A stretch of 64,000 bases of DNA from Tubulanus polymorphus (Eukaryota; Animalia; Nemertea): the NCBI RefSeq assembly GCF_964204645.1, contig NC_134025.1, positions 13,888,001 through 13,952,000 on the forward strand. Direction: 5' to 3'. This document shows, piece after piece, positions 1-11,840 of the stretch (positions are counted from its first letter, which is position 1; every line of letters starts with the position of its first letter). The notes beneath the pieces were generated by a model that did no database searches, had not been told where the DNA came from, and worked only from the letters and a program-made list of their open reading frames with translations. Position numbers and translations under genes: made by a program.

Positions 1-799
1 AAGAGCATGAGGGAGTCAACTTTTTATTTCGGTAGAAAATGCAGTAAATATGGAACCCCGATCTACACAAAATCACCTGATTCATTGCCGACAAAGCGCA
101 TTTCAAGACATTTTCTTCCATCTCCAAGCACGACAAGAAATAAGATCATATGAACAATCATTTATTGATGTGGGCGGGAGTATTTTGTCTTTTATAAAAA
201 AACCAACATAAATTATTACACTAGACGCGGGAGCGCTCGTTTTATTTTTACTAGAGTTTCGTCAATGATTTTTCCGACGCGCGTGTTGATGAAACAATGT
301 ATTTTTTTCATAATATATATAACATTTCTCCCGCGTGTTGAGCCTGGCGTGTTCAATGACCGCTATCTATTTATATATATAAATGTATTTTTATGTTTTG
401 CTATAATGTCTGCATGGTGATTGTAAGACGCATGTAATTTTTGTAAACATCGTTTTCTTCATGAAATAAATATTGAATGTTAAAAAAATGAGAAACACGG
501 TATCAATTTTGAATGGCCTGAAGGGGATTTTTAGCCACCTTCCAAAAACATGATTTAATGAACTGAATGTCTCTGTCGGCGATTTTGTGTAGCGTGTATC
601 GTTCTACTGTTACTATCGGTAACCTACTAATATAGCAGTAAACACGTGCATGTCTTTAATCGATACTTGTGTTTGCTGCCGGGAGGTCGTTCAGATATGC
701 GAGTTGAAAGGAATTTGAAAATAGTTCAAGTTGAACGAATATTCGAGCTGAGCAATTTCTTGTATAAGTGAATAATTTAAATGTAGGGGCCTATGGTTT

Positions 800-2612
800 A
801 ATGGAGACATCAATAGCTTAGATAAACTTTTCGGACTTCGTCGTTCTCGCCTAATAGTGCGATTCGCTATATCATTAGTAGAGAGACATGAAATTTCACG
901 ATAAGTCACTCGGTCGCGATATGATATTTCAGGCAAAAATCCCTGGCCTGTATACAAGTTTTTCTGCCCATGCAGTATATATGTGGCTATAGCGGTGTAG
1001 TAGGCCTACTGAGTATCTGGGGAAATCCCAGTTCTCCGCAATATTTGACATAAAACCTAGTCGAGCATAATTCCGAGCAGAATGCTGAGCAGCTCGTATT
1101 TGCGCGGATCTACAAACGATTGAAACCGAGCAGAGTTCCGAGCAGAGATTATCGAGCAGCTCATATTGCGCGGGGCTAATTTATCAAAACCGAGCAGAAT
1201 GTCCGAGCAGTAAACCGAACAGCGCAGTTGCTCGGCCGCGTAAGTTCCGAGTAATCTTTTGAAAATGGGCATGTTTTATACCTGCACTAACACCAAAATC
1301 AGGAAACACGCCGGTTTCGGTAAGATACTTATATTGCTTAAACAAACGACACATTTTGCTTATAACGGACACCTTGAGGCGACTCAATAACGATCTGATC
1401 TCCGCACTTATCAACGACTTTATACGGAGTATCCTCAAATTTTGTTGAAAACTTGTTCCTGCGATCCTGTTTCAGCAACACATAATCGCCGCAATTGATA
1501 TCATTCACACAAGCTCTATGTTTCATATCGCTATAATCTTTCATTCTCCGTTTCATTTCGGAATCTCGGTCACGCACACTATGATCGGTAATGATATCTC
1601 GGTTTTTAAATTCGGGTAGTTTACATCTAATTTCACGATTAAACAATAATTTCGCGGGGGTTTCCCCAGTCAAGCTATGGGGAGTTGATCTATACGCTAA
1701 TAGAAATCTATCAAGTGCACTCCTCCAGTTCTTTCCTTCAGCATGCGCGATTCTGATTGCTTTCATCAATGAATGATTTTGGCGCTCGATCTCTCCGTTC
1801 GCTCTCGGCCATAACGGAGTTGTCGGATGTCGTTTAATCCCACATTCACGAAGATACCTATCGAACTCCTCAGCACTGAACTGGGGACCATTGTCAGCCT
1901 TCAAAGTGTCGCAATACCCGTGTCTCGCGAATATTCGATCCAAAACTTTTATCAAATTCGACGGTTTAATACTCTTCATGATTTCGACTTCCACGTAGCG
2001 ACTATAATAATCCACGATTGCAAAGATGCTCTCGCCAGATGGCAAAGCTCCAAGAAAATCAGCTGCGCAATCTTTCCATGGGGACGCCGGTATTAGGGTT
2101 GGTTTAGTTGGCGGTAGTTGCAATTCCAACTGACATCCGTGGCACGCGCCACAATATTTTTCGATATATTTATCAACTCCAGGCCACCATATTTTACTTC
2201 TGATACGAGCTTTACACTTCACTATTCCTTGGTGTCCCTCATGTGGGAGTGCTACGGTTCGCATACGGAGTCATTTAGGCATCACGATTCTCGTTCCTCT
2301 CAGAACAATGTGTTCAGTGCCTGACGATAATTCGCCATGTACAAATATATAATCATTCGTACAATTATTCATATCGCCAGTTCAGATTCGTCTTTTTAAA
2401 TCATTCATTTCCGCATCGATTTGACTCTTGGTTTCTATTTCAGTCAATGATATGGCGACCGGACACGTGTTTCGAACAACAAACGTAACGTAACTCTCTG
2501 CCACTGAATTGCAAACTACGTTTTTGTCACCCGTCGCTCTGTCACAAGACAACCGAGATAGCGTATCAGCAATATTATCTATTCCGGGTATGTGCCGGAC
2601 AACAAACTTGAA
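800..2612 (-). mobile_element. Gypsy/Ty3 LTR retrotransposon pol fragment (RNase H end, integrase, C-terminal tail)
   Basis: HIPGIDNIADTLSRL near 2560-2610. ORF 1338-2264 has the HEGHQG..CHGC zinc finger and DDE core (ADFLG, ADNGPQF, ANGEIER). Frameshifted tail with RRERRSPK near 830. No LTR identified. Confidence 0.88.
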
Positions 2613-3765
2613 AAACTACTTTAATTCCACAGAAACTTCACCTATTTTCATCCAGCTATCGAACTCAGCCTCGAACATTCGCCTCTTCAATTTCCATTTT
2701 TGGACGCTCTAGTCAAAATCGTCAATGGCAAACTCGAAACATTGCTCTACAGAAAACCAACTGATACCTACAGCTACCTCCATGGCACCAGCTTTCACCC
2801 ACCACACACTACAAGATCCATCATCTTCAGTCAGGTTATTCGCTACCACAGAAGCTGCTTCAACACTCAAGACCATGACCAACACCTACAACATCTGAAA
2901 AATGCGTTCCACCAACACCAGTACAACCCTGAAACCATCGACCAACAAATCACACGCACTACTCAGAAAAAGAACACTTCAATACAACCCACCTACGTCT
3001 GAAGAAGCTGAAAGAATCCCCATCACAGTTACCTACAGTATGTGTCTAGGCAGAATCCAACGAATCATATCAGATCTCCAACCCATAATCGAAGAAAATG
3101 ATCATCTACGCAACATACTACCACTAGGACCAGTCGTCGCTAACCGCCATCAGCAAACCTAAAAAAAGTTCTCATCAGCAGCAAACTACCGAAGAAGACT
3201 CAGACAACAAATACATGCGCCCCTGCAACAAATCTTGATGTCAACTCTGTCCTCTCATCAACTCATCACCGACCGTCACCTCAGCCAACAACCAACAACT
3301 AAGGACCCTACACATGCGACTCCACCAACCTTGTTTTTTTTTACTAATAGAAGTTTTATTTCGTTAAGATAAATTTGACAGGAATACATAACACAATGCT
3401 GAGGTCCAAGGAGGACGTTCCCCAACGTTGTTTATGCAATCACATGCGATATCTGCCCTAGAATCATCTACATCGGGGAAACTGGACAAACATTACGTCA
3501 ACGCTTGAACGGTCACAAATTTGATATCAGACACAAGAAATGGCTTAACCTATTGGCGAACATTTCAATCTTCCGAACCACACTATCAGAAACTTATAAG
3601 TGACAGCATTACATTAAATGAACACTTCTAATTAAGACTCGCACAAAATGATGAGACAAAAACTAATTCTATGCGATGATACTGTTAATCTTGTACTTAT
3701 TTGAGATCTAGGATTCATGTCCCACTACAGAACGTTATATGTCTCGCCAATATATAAATCACCAG
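2613..3765 (+). mobile_element. Penelope-like element (PLE), 5'-truncated: RT thumb plus GIY-YIG endonuclease
   Basis: FLDALVKI..LYRKPTDTYSYLHGTSFHPPHT..SIIFSQ; VVYAITCDICPRIIYIGETGQTLRQRLNGH at about 3427-3520; ends GFMSHY near 3725; frameshifted. Confidence 0.9.
3325..3433 (-). mobile_element. ~85-nt polyadenylated retroposed insert with 12-bp TSD inside the PLE
   Basis: ccaaccttgttt (3325-3336) and ccaacgttgttt (3422-3433) flank an insert that ends AATAAA...A9 on the minus strand. Removing it restores CDSTNVVYAITC. Confidence 0.75.
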
Positions 3766-3844
3766 ATGGCATTCGTGTTCTATGAGGTGGAGATTTTAAT
3801 GGCGGCTTCTGTTTTGCGAACCATTTAAGAACTTCTTGTTAACA

Positions 3845-5390
3845 ATGCCACAATATTGTGTTGTGCCTGAATGTAAATCACACAAAGGAGGTCACAAGTT
3901 CCCCGATGACACGAGATATCTTTGAAGTGGCGAATTGCGGTTAAACTGAAAGATCCAACAAGTAAAAGACTGTGGAAACCTGGAAATTATAGTGTTGTTT
4001 GCCACGATCACTTCGTTGAAAGCTGGAATAATGGTTATGTAACTATACGTTGATGATTATAATCATAATCAGAATAAGTCACAATATGAAGTAGGTTATT
4101 TAAAGGAATATTCCGGTAGTAACAGAGTCAATTTTATATTCATTTTTTTACTGCACGTTCTGTTTGCCTAAGTACTCCAGGTCATGGTCATGGTCGTAGT
4201 ACATGTGCAGTATTTCAAAGAAATTATGCATTTATTCTTTTGTTTTAGGGAAAAGAAAGCTATTGAAGCCTGATGCAGTTACATCTGTTCATTCGCCTTT
4301 CAACCAGACTCTTTGGCTACAGTCTTAGAAACACCCAAGTCTTCACGATGCTCTCGATTTGAAAAAAGAAATTTAATTCAACCATCTGAGCCAGATGTAA
4401 CTGACAATAATGTCCTATTAGAAGAAACTGTATCGTCTGATTTTGGAACAAATACCCGGAATGTAGGAGTTCAATGCCACATGTCAGGACAGAATCAACA
4501 AAAGACTCAGCTGGATAACCAATCAGGAGTACATTCAAAAGAGTCCTTGGTGGATCGGTACAAAACTAATGACGTTGAGATTCAGTATTATATGGGATTC
4601 GATAATGATGATATGAACATTTTGTCTTTATGTTCAATGTTCTTAGACCTGCTGTGAATCATTTAAACATTACACAATGTTTTCTAGATCCTATTGACCA
4701 ATCTTTATTAACATTAATGAAATTACATCAAGCCAAAGATGATGTTGAGTTAAGTATTTTTTTCACATTAGTGAAAGCACAGTGTCAAATATAGTTAAAA
4801 CATGGATAATTTTTATGTACCATCAATTAAAAGAAATTGATATCTGGCCAACGAGAGAAATTATTGCTAAATATATGCCATTGAATTTCGGAAGACTATT
4901 TCAGTCTACCAGAGTGCTCGATGCGACTGAAGTTCCAATCCAGAAACCAAGTCACGTGGAGGGACAATCTGCAATGTTTTCAACTTACAAAAAACTCATT
5001 AAATACTATGATCGGAACCACATCTAGTGGAATGACTTCTTTCATAAGCAACAGCAACAATGGTGGATCTGCTAGTGATCAGCAGGTAATAGAAAGATCT
5101 GAACTCATTACTAGACAGTTATTCAACAGTGGTGACAGCATAATGGCAGATAGGGGCATTGCTGTCAAAGACCTTTTTGCCCCCACTTGATATTAAAGTC
5201 AATACCCCTAACTTTTTGGCAGGAAAATCAACTAGAGGTTGAGGATTTAATATGATAGGAGGACAGCGTCAAACGAATCCATGTTGAAAAGGTGATTGGC
5301 TATGCTAAAACCTATACGATTTTACAAAGACTCCTACCCCACAGTAAAGTCCAGTTGGGCTCATACACAATTTACGTGTTTTCTGTTATG
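3845..5390 (+). pseudogene. THAP + HTH + DDE_Tnp_4 transposase of the ISL2EU element (spliced, degenerate)
   Basis: MPQYCVVPEC..HKFP..W..VVCHDHF, intron, LKPDAVTSV (THAP). TLMKLHQ..SESTVSNIVKTW (HTH). LDATEVPIQKP, GSASD, IMADRG, IHVEKVIG (DDE). Several frameshifts. Confidence 0.9.
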
Positions 5391-6422
5391 AAACTTCGAT
5401 CAAACATTCGCTATCGATAATACCATCAGGAGTTGCACCAAGATATGGGCTATCCACGCAGATAAAGAAACTCCAATTCTGAACAGCTAATTAGGTTTTT
5501 CTGTTATTTCACAGAAAACCCTATTGATATCCGCGTGATTATTATGATTATCATTTTCTTCCACACTATTTTTACCAAAAGAACATAGGCTTTGTTACCT
5601 TACCGCTGTTTCATATACAATCCATATAATATCGTTCAGCTCACTGAGATCTACAAATAGCCCGCGTGTTTTTTCACGAATCATCGTTACAAAAGCGCTG
5701 TCGGGCCGTAAACATCGAAAATTTAGCCCCATTCAATGCGGCGACATGTTTTTCGAGTCGTCATCCCGAAATCAACCCGCAGGCCGACTGTCACTTCGAT
5801 TATCAATTCAAGTATAAATGAACTAATTTATTGCCGCAGACTTCAAATTCAGTCGCGGTCTTCAAACAGTGATTTTAACAATAGCCCATTTTCCTCATCA
5901 AATCATATTACCGATACACTGGAAATTTACTACTTTAGATTTTAAAAGCACTGTCGAGCCGTGAACATCGACGAATCGACGTGTGTTACTACATCGTCGT
6001 TCCGGGTATCAGCTGCGAGTTTCTCCTCATCATGAGAATCAAATCGAGTACAAATTAATTTATTACTACCAGTAATTTGGCTGCGGGTTTCAAGGAGTTA
6101 GTATAACAATACCTATTTTTCTTTACCGAATTAACCGAGTATTTACTAAGATAAATCTTTAGTGTACCGAGGAATCGTAGGCCTAAACTAAACACGCCGA
6201 AGAGATATAGCGGAGAAAAGCTGTTATGTCGACGAGGTATCAAAATAAAAGAATATATTACTTTATTCGGCCGCGGGCTTCAACCTCTATATCAATACCA
6301 TCAATACTCTATATTTCCTACAGTACATACCGATCATTCTCAAATGCACAAGGTATTTACTAAATACAAGTATATAACACATAATCCTTTCCGTATGCTG
6401 GACTCACACTTGACATTCGGAG

Positions 6423-6760
6423 TAAGCGTTCGCTGTGGGGGAAAGGGATCGTTCGCTGTGTCGCTTGAAGTGTTTATCGAGTTTGACGCGGCTTTAGGCC
6501 TACCGGTACTGAGCTTTACTGTCTCAAACAAACACAGTACAATTGTTGCGTTTATTAACGGACTCATTGGATTGAACTTCAAAACAAAATTTACGATATT
6601 TAGGTGGGTTGTTAAAGCCTACGACCAATCTGTCCGGATGTCAGGCCTATATATAGGCCTACATAGGCTAGTAGCCTCTACTAGGTTAAGCGTTCGCTGT
6701 GGGGGAAAGGAGATCGTTCGCTGTGTCGCATGAAGTGTTTATCGAGTTTTACGCGACCTT
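6423..6760. repeat. Two ~73-bp direct repeats
   Basis: taagcgttcgctgtgggggaaagg(a)gatcgttcgctgtgtcgc..gaagtgtttatcgagttt at about 6423 and 6687. Confidence 0.85.
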
Positions 6761-6859
6761 AAGGCTTTAGTATGGTGGCTGATAAGGGCCATGCGTAAAA
6801 AAAACACGTATATGCAAATGAGGGCAACATTATGACAAAACGACAAAACTAAAATAATG

Positions 6860-8378
6860 CGACAAAACAATAATTTTGGTTTTGTCGCCCTCGACAATTC
6901 ATTATTTTGGTTTTATCGCCCGCGACAATTCATTATTTTGGTTTTATCGCCCGCAACAATTCATTATTTAGGTTTTTTCGCCCGCGACAATTCAAGATTT
7001 TGGTTTTTCTGCCGCGACAATTCATTTTTTGGATTTGTCGCCTGCGACAATTGAATATTTTGGTTTTGTCGCCCGCGACAATTCATGATTTTGGTTTTAT
7101 CGCCCGCGACAATTCATTTTTTTGGTTTTATCGCCTGCGACAATTTATTATTTTGGTTTTATCGCCCGCAACAATTCATTAGTTTGGTTTTTTCGCCCGC
7201 GACAATTCAAGATTTTGGTTTTTCTGCCGCGACAATTCATTTTTTGGATTTGTTGCCCGCGACAATTCAATATTTTGGTTTTATCGCCCGCGACAATTCA
7301 TTATTTTGGTTTTATCGCCCGCGACAATTCATTATTTTGGTTTTATCGCCTGCGACAATTCATTAATTTGGTTTTGTCACCCACGACAAAACAATATTTT
7401 GATTTTGTCGCCCACGACAATTCAATATTTTGGTTTTATCGCCCGAGACAATTCATTATTTTGGTTTTATCGCCCGCGACAATTCATTATTTTGGTTTTG
7501 TCGCACACGACAATGGCCACAATTCAAGATTTTGGTTTTATCGCCCGCGACAATTCATTTTTTGGATTTGTCGCCCACGACAATTCAATATTTTGGTTTT
7601 ATCGCCCGCGACAATTCATTATTTTGTTTTTATCGCCCGCGACAATTTTTTTCTCTTTTTGTCGCGGTTTTATCGCCTGCGACACTTCAATATTTTGGTT
7701 TTATTGCCCGCAACAATTCATTATTTTGGTTTTATCGCCCGCGACAATTCATTATTTTGGTTTTGTCGCACGCGACAATGGCGACAATTCAAGATTTTGG
7801 TTTTATCGCCCGCGACAATTCATTTTTTGGATTTGTCGCCCACGACAATTCAATATTTTGGTTTTATCGCCCGCGACAATTTTTTTCTCTTTTTGTCGCG
7901 GTTTTATCGCCTGCGACACTTCAATATTTTGGTTTTATCGCCCGCGACAATTCATTATTTTGGCTTTATCGCCCACGACAATTCATTAGTTTGGTTTTGT
8001 CGCCTGCGACAATTGAATATTTTGGTTTTGTCGCCCGCGACAATTCATGATTTTGGTTTTATCGCCTGCGACAATTCATTTTTTTGGTTTTATCGCCTGT
8101 GACAATTTATTATTTTGGTTTTATCGCCGGCGACAATTCATTAGTTTGGTTTTGTTGCCCGCGACAATTGAATATTTTGGTTTTGTCGCCCGCGACAATT
8201 CATTATTTTGGTTTTATCGCCCGCGACAATTCATTTTTTTGGTTTTGTCGCCCGCGACAATTGAATATTTTGGTTTTATCGCCAGCGACAATTGATTATT
8301 TTGGTTTTATCGCCCGCGACAATTGATTATTTTGGTTTTATCGCCCGCGACAATTAATTTTTTTGGTTTTGTCGCCAA
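6860..8378. repeat. 31-bp minisatellite, roughly 48 units, with higher-order blocks
   Basis: Consensus cgacaattcattattttggttttRtcgcccg. Variant blocks containing cgacaatggc and ttttttctctttttgtcgcgg recur near 7500-7700 and 7765-7930. Confidence 0.95.
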
Positions 8379-8467
8379 CATTATTAGCTTTTGAATAATT
8401 AGGCCAATTAATAACGTTATAAAGACTTATGCTTTCGCCTATTTTGAAGTCGATTAATCTGATATAG

Positions 8468-8884
8468 TACGGAAGCGATAAAGGGCCTCGAGTTTTCATG
8501 TTCAAACTCGACAAGTCGCCATATTTATGTCGATATATCGCGATATATCGTGTCAAGTCCACATGAATATGTCTACATATCGTGACGTTTTCACGACAAA
8601 TTTCGCTTATTTGCTCATTTTCCACGGGACAAGCCGTCATTTGAAGACATGTCTAAATGTAAGATGAGGACGCCAGTAATATGACGACTGAGTTTCAAGT
8701 CGTCATGAATATGTCGACTTGTCGCGAGGAAAATGGTTAAGAAAACGAAATATGTCGTCAAAACGTCACGATATATCGACATATTCATGTCGACTTGACG
8801 CGATACATCGCAGTATGTCGACAATAATATGGCGACTTGTCGAGTTGGAACGCGTCATCTCCGAGGCCCCTTATCGCTTCCGTA
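8468..8884. mobile_element. Foldback MITE with long TIRs and 7-bp TSD
   Basis: tacggaagcgataaagggcctcg...cgaggccccttatcgcttccgta; gatatag directly repeated on both sides (8461-8467, 8885-8891). Confidence 0.8.
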
Positions 8885-8981
8885 GATATAGTGTCGAATA
8901 TTAAGGTCATTTTGGCAGATTCTTTTTTTTTAAAAATGATATTAAAGCGATCATTCAAGTGATCCTACTTAATGAAAGATC

Positions 8982-9140
8982 TACGGAAGCGATAAAGGGC
9001 CTCGAGTTGTTGCGTTCCAACTCGACAAGTCGCCATATTTATGTCGATATATCGCATCAATTCGACATGAATATGTCGACATATCGTGACGTTTTGACGA
9101 CTTGAAACTCAGTCGTCATATCACTGGCGTCCTCATCTTT
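8982..9140. mobile_element. Truncated second copy of the same foldback MITE (opposite orientation)
   Basis: tacggaagcgataaagggcctcgag followed by the reverse complement of internal sequence at 8661-8704. Confidence 0.75.
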
Positions 9141-10383
9141 CAGCAACGCCAGTCACATGGAGTCGTAGGTGTTCTACTTTCTGCGACGCGACACGACTGT
9201 CATAACCAACCGAACAAGTATATTGAAAAAAGTTTTTTCTCCGAACCGAAAGTATTAAGTATTTCGTTCAATCGAACAGAATTGTTTTCATTCAAACATT
9301 CGTTCGAAAAAAATTGTTTTCGCTCAACCAAATTTTTTTTCATTTCAACAATAACATAGCTTTTTATTCGAACACATTTTTTGTCAGAATGAAGAAAATT
9401 TTTGGTTCAAGCAAAAAGCGTATTGTTCTATCAAACAGAATTATTTTCTTTCGAACAAGATTTTCTTGTTGGAACATTAAGTTTTTTGGTCGAACAGCGC
9501 GTTAAGGTCGATTTGGAAATTTACTCGGTCAGGTATATGTAATAAACAGAAGACAACTCAGGATACTACCATGCGTGACTCCACTAGTTAGATCGACTTA
9601 TTCCAAGATGAGGTGTTCCGTTGATTTCGGCTACAAGTTTTCGTTCAGAGATAACTGCTGAGCCATTTGAGCGACCTATCATGGATACTGTTTCCTAATA
9701 GCCTGTTTAGTAATGGTTGATGTTGTGCATTATCAAATGCTTCGTCGAAATCCACCGTTGAACAGGATTCTAAGACTGTGCAGAAAACCCGTTATCGCTG
9801 CTTTGCAGCTATATTTTGAATTGTTTTTCAAATTCTTGGATGGCTCTCTTTTCAAATTGTTTTCCATGGCTGGTCGCTACTCATCTAAAATCTATATTCG
9901 ATATGACACACGCTGGGATAACTTTTCCATATTTCGCCACTTCGTTGCCTTACATACATCTCCGAATTTCGAAGCAGTTATCCTCCAGGATCGATGTCTA
10001 AACCATTGAGGGCTGTTTGCCTGGTTTATTGTTTCTCTTTCTATTTTGATGGCTACTTTCTCAGCAACCTATAAGTAGATTTATACAATACTATCAGAAT
10101 TTATACATTTTAGCCATTGAGTTGTGGAACTAGTCTTTTCGTAGTAATGAGTTATCTTACTTCAAACAAAATACACTTCACACTCGACAAAAAGGTACAA
10201 CATGAACCTGGGTTTTCCATGTATCCAATATCCATATTATACCTTTTTCAGGTTGAAGCTCATCTTCCAGTTTCTGACCACAAACGGAACACAGATTGTT
10301 TAGGTCGTTTGGGAAATTTACTGGGTCCTATACATTTTGGGTTACTCAGTATATCATTCATCAGTACAGTGAAGAGGAGACGA

Positions 10384-11010
10384 CTACACCAGTAAAATCG
10401 CTGTCTTTGCCCACTAAATCATGGTCATCCAATCAAAAGACTTCACGCTCATTCCATTTTGACCAATGATTTGGTCGTTTCCAAGATGGCCGCCGCAGCC
10501 ATTATCACAAATCACATTTTTTATTATAAATTTGGAAACAACTGACCTACACTAGTAAAATCGATGTGTTTACCCACTAAATCATGGTCAACCAATCAGA
10601 TGACATTATGCTTATTCCATTTTGACCAATGATTAGGTAGGCCAGTTGTTTCCAAATTTATAATAAAAAATGTGATTTCTGATAATGGTGGCGGTGGCCA
10701 TCTTGGAAACGACCAAATCATTGGTCAAAATGGAATGAGCGTGAAGTCTTTTGATTGGATGACCACGATTTAGTGGGCAAAGACAGCGATTTTACTAGTG
10801 TAGGTCACTTGGTTGCAAAGTTATGGTCGAAAATAAGATTTTCAGTAATGGCGGTGGTGGCCATTTTTAAAAACGCCATATTTTAAATATAAGGGGTGAT
10901 CTCGCTTGTGTCTTTGGATAATTATCATCCTATCACCCTATGGTAACACTGTGCAAAAGGGGACTTTGTAGCATGACTTGAAGTCAAAAATCACTTAACC
11001 CACCCACTAA
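10384..11010. repeat. ~163-bp satellite-like units with an internal inversion, forming a ~420-bp palindrome (Helentron-associated type)
   Basis: 10384-10550 is the reverse complement of 10637-10803, with a partial tandem copy at 10547-10634 and a caagatggccgcc core. Confidence 0.8.
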
Positions 11011-11840
11011 ATAACCAACTTGTCCAGTCATCAATGGTTTCAGGCAGGCCTAATTTACTGTTTGAAGACCTTCCTTTCATAAAACCGTGTTGAATTTCCA
11101 ATAGCATGGTGCGGCTGTATCAGCATACATGCCATCGTGGTAGACACAGTACCCAGACAAGAACAATAATATGAACAAAGGCTGTGCAGAAAACCTGTTA
11201 TTGCTGCTTTGCAGCTATATTTTACTTACTTTCTTCTTTGTAGCTGCTCCAACAATTCCAGTAAAACATATTGAATTCGTAGGTTGGACAATCTTGAAGC
11301 TACACGCATCAATCCTATTGGATTCTAACATCAATCTCTATTTCTCCAAACCCTTGGAACCTGCTGATATTTCCCTGACACTAGCCAAACGATACTGGAA
11401 ATAGCCCTTGATGTGTTCCTCTAAAATTTCTGATATGATATCCCTGTGTGATTTATCTAGTTGCCTGAATCCTGTTGGTGGTGAATCAGGCAGTGTAGTA
11501 GATGGAAGGATGATTGGTGGGGATCTGAAATCAAAATTCCATTTGAATGCCTCTAATCTTAAAACCAAACAACTTGTCATTAAAACCAAATAGAAAAACA
11601 CTCCAGGAGGTGCTGCCATCTTGCTTGAATATCATCTAAACGCAAAGGGATTTTTCTTAATACAATTTGATTATGCAATATTATCTTGAGATTCAAGTTT
11701 AACTCTTACCTTTCAAACAAATCTGCTTTTCCGAACCTGGGTCTTGGCTCCTCTTCTAGAAAGCTCCTCTTTCAACTGTGGAACTGTTAATTTCCTGAAT
11801 TTGTCAGCCATTGTTTTACCTCATAGACCATGTATGCCAT

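Larger units (their letters stand above)
5491..9815 (+). mobile_element. Helentron-associated (HINE/DINE-like) non-autonomous element splitting the YqaJ exon
   Basis: 5' taggtttttctg..cagaaaacccta hairpin plus attattatgattatc. 3' cagaaaacccgtta sub-TIR, gctgctttgcagc hairpin and T-run. Removal joins QFK|LAVQN in frame. The same ends recur near 11185-11224 and 24762-24815. Confidence 0.7.
5392..11811 (-). pseudogene. SAP-domain / YqaJ lambda-exonuclease-like ORF2 of the ISL2EU element (spliced, disrupted)
   Basis: Exon 11811-11710 MADKFRKLTVPQLKEELSRRGAKT..KADLFER (SAP). Exon 11557-11230 LEAFKWNFDF..FTGIVGAATKKK. Exon from 10068 ETINQANSPQWFRHRSWRITASKFG..HGKQFEKRA, resuming at 5490 LAVQN.SFFICVDSPYLGATPDGIIDSECLIEV (PD-(D/E)xK). 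Confidence 0.85.
3768..11838 (+). mobile_element. ISL2EU-type (PIF/Harbinger superfamily) DNA transposon, full length with nested insertions
   Basis: TIRs ggcattcgtgttctatgaggt (3768-3788) and acctcatagaccatgtatgcc (11818-11838), 18/21 identical, each flanked by AT. Contains convergent transposase and YqaJ genes. Confidence 0.88.

Noticed and set aside
105-340. Possible PPT/3' LTR of the first Gypsy element
   Set aside because: Pyrimidine tracts next to 'aca' exist, but there is no partner LTR in the window to confirm them.
6857-8326. Overlapping long ORFs (up to 326 aa) or a CRISPR-like array
   Set aside because: They are translations of a 31-bp minisatellite cycling through three frames. 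There are no unique spacers and no cas genes.
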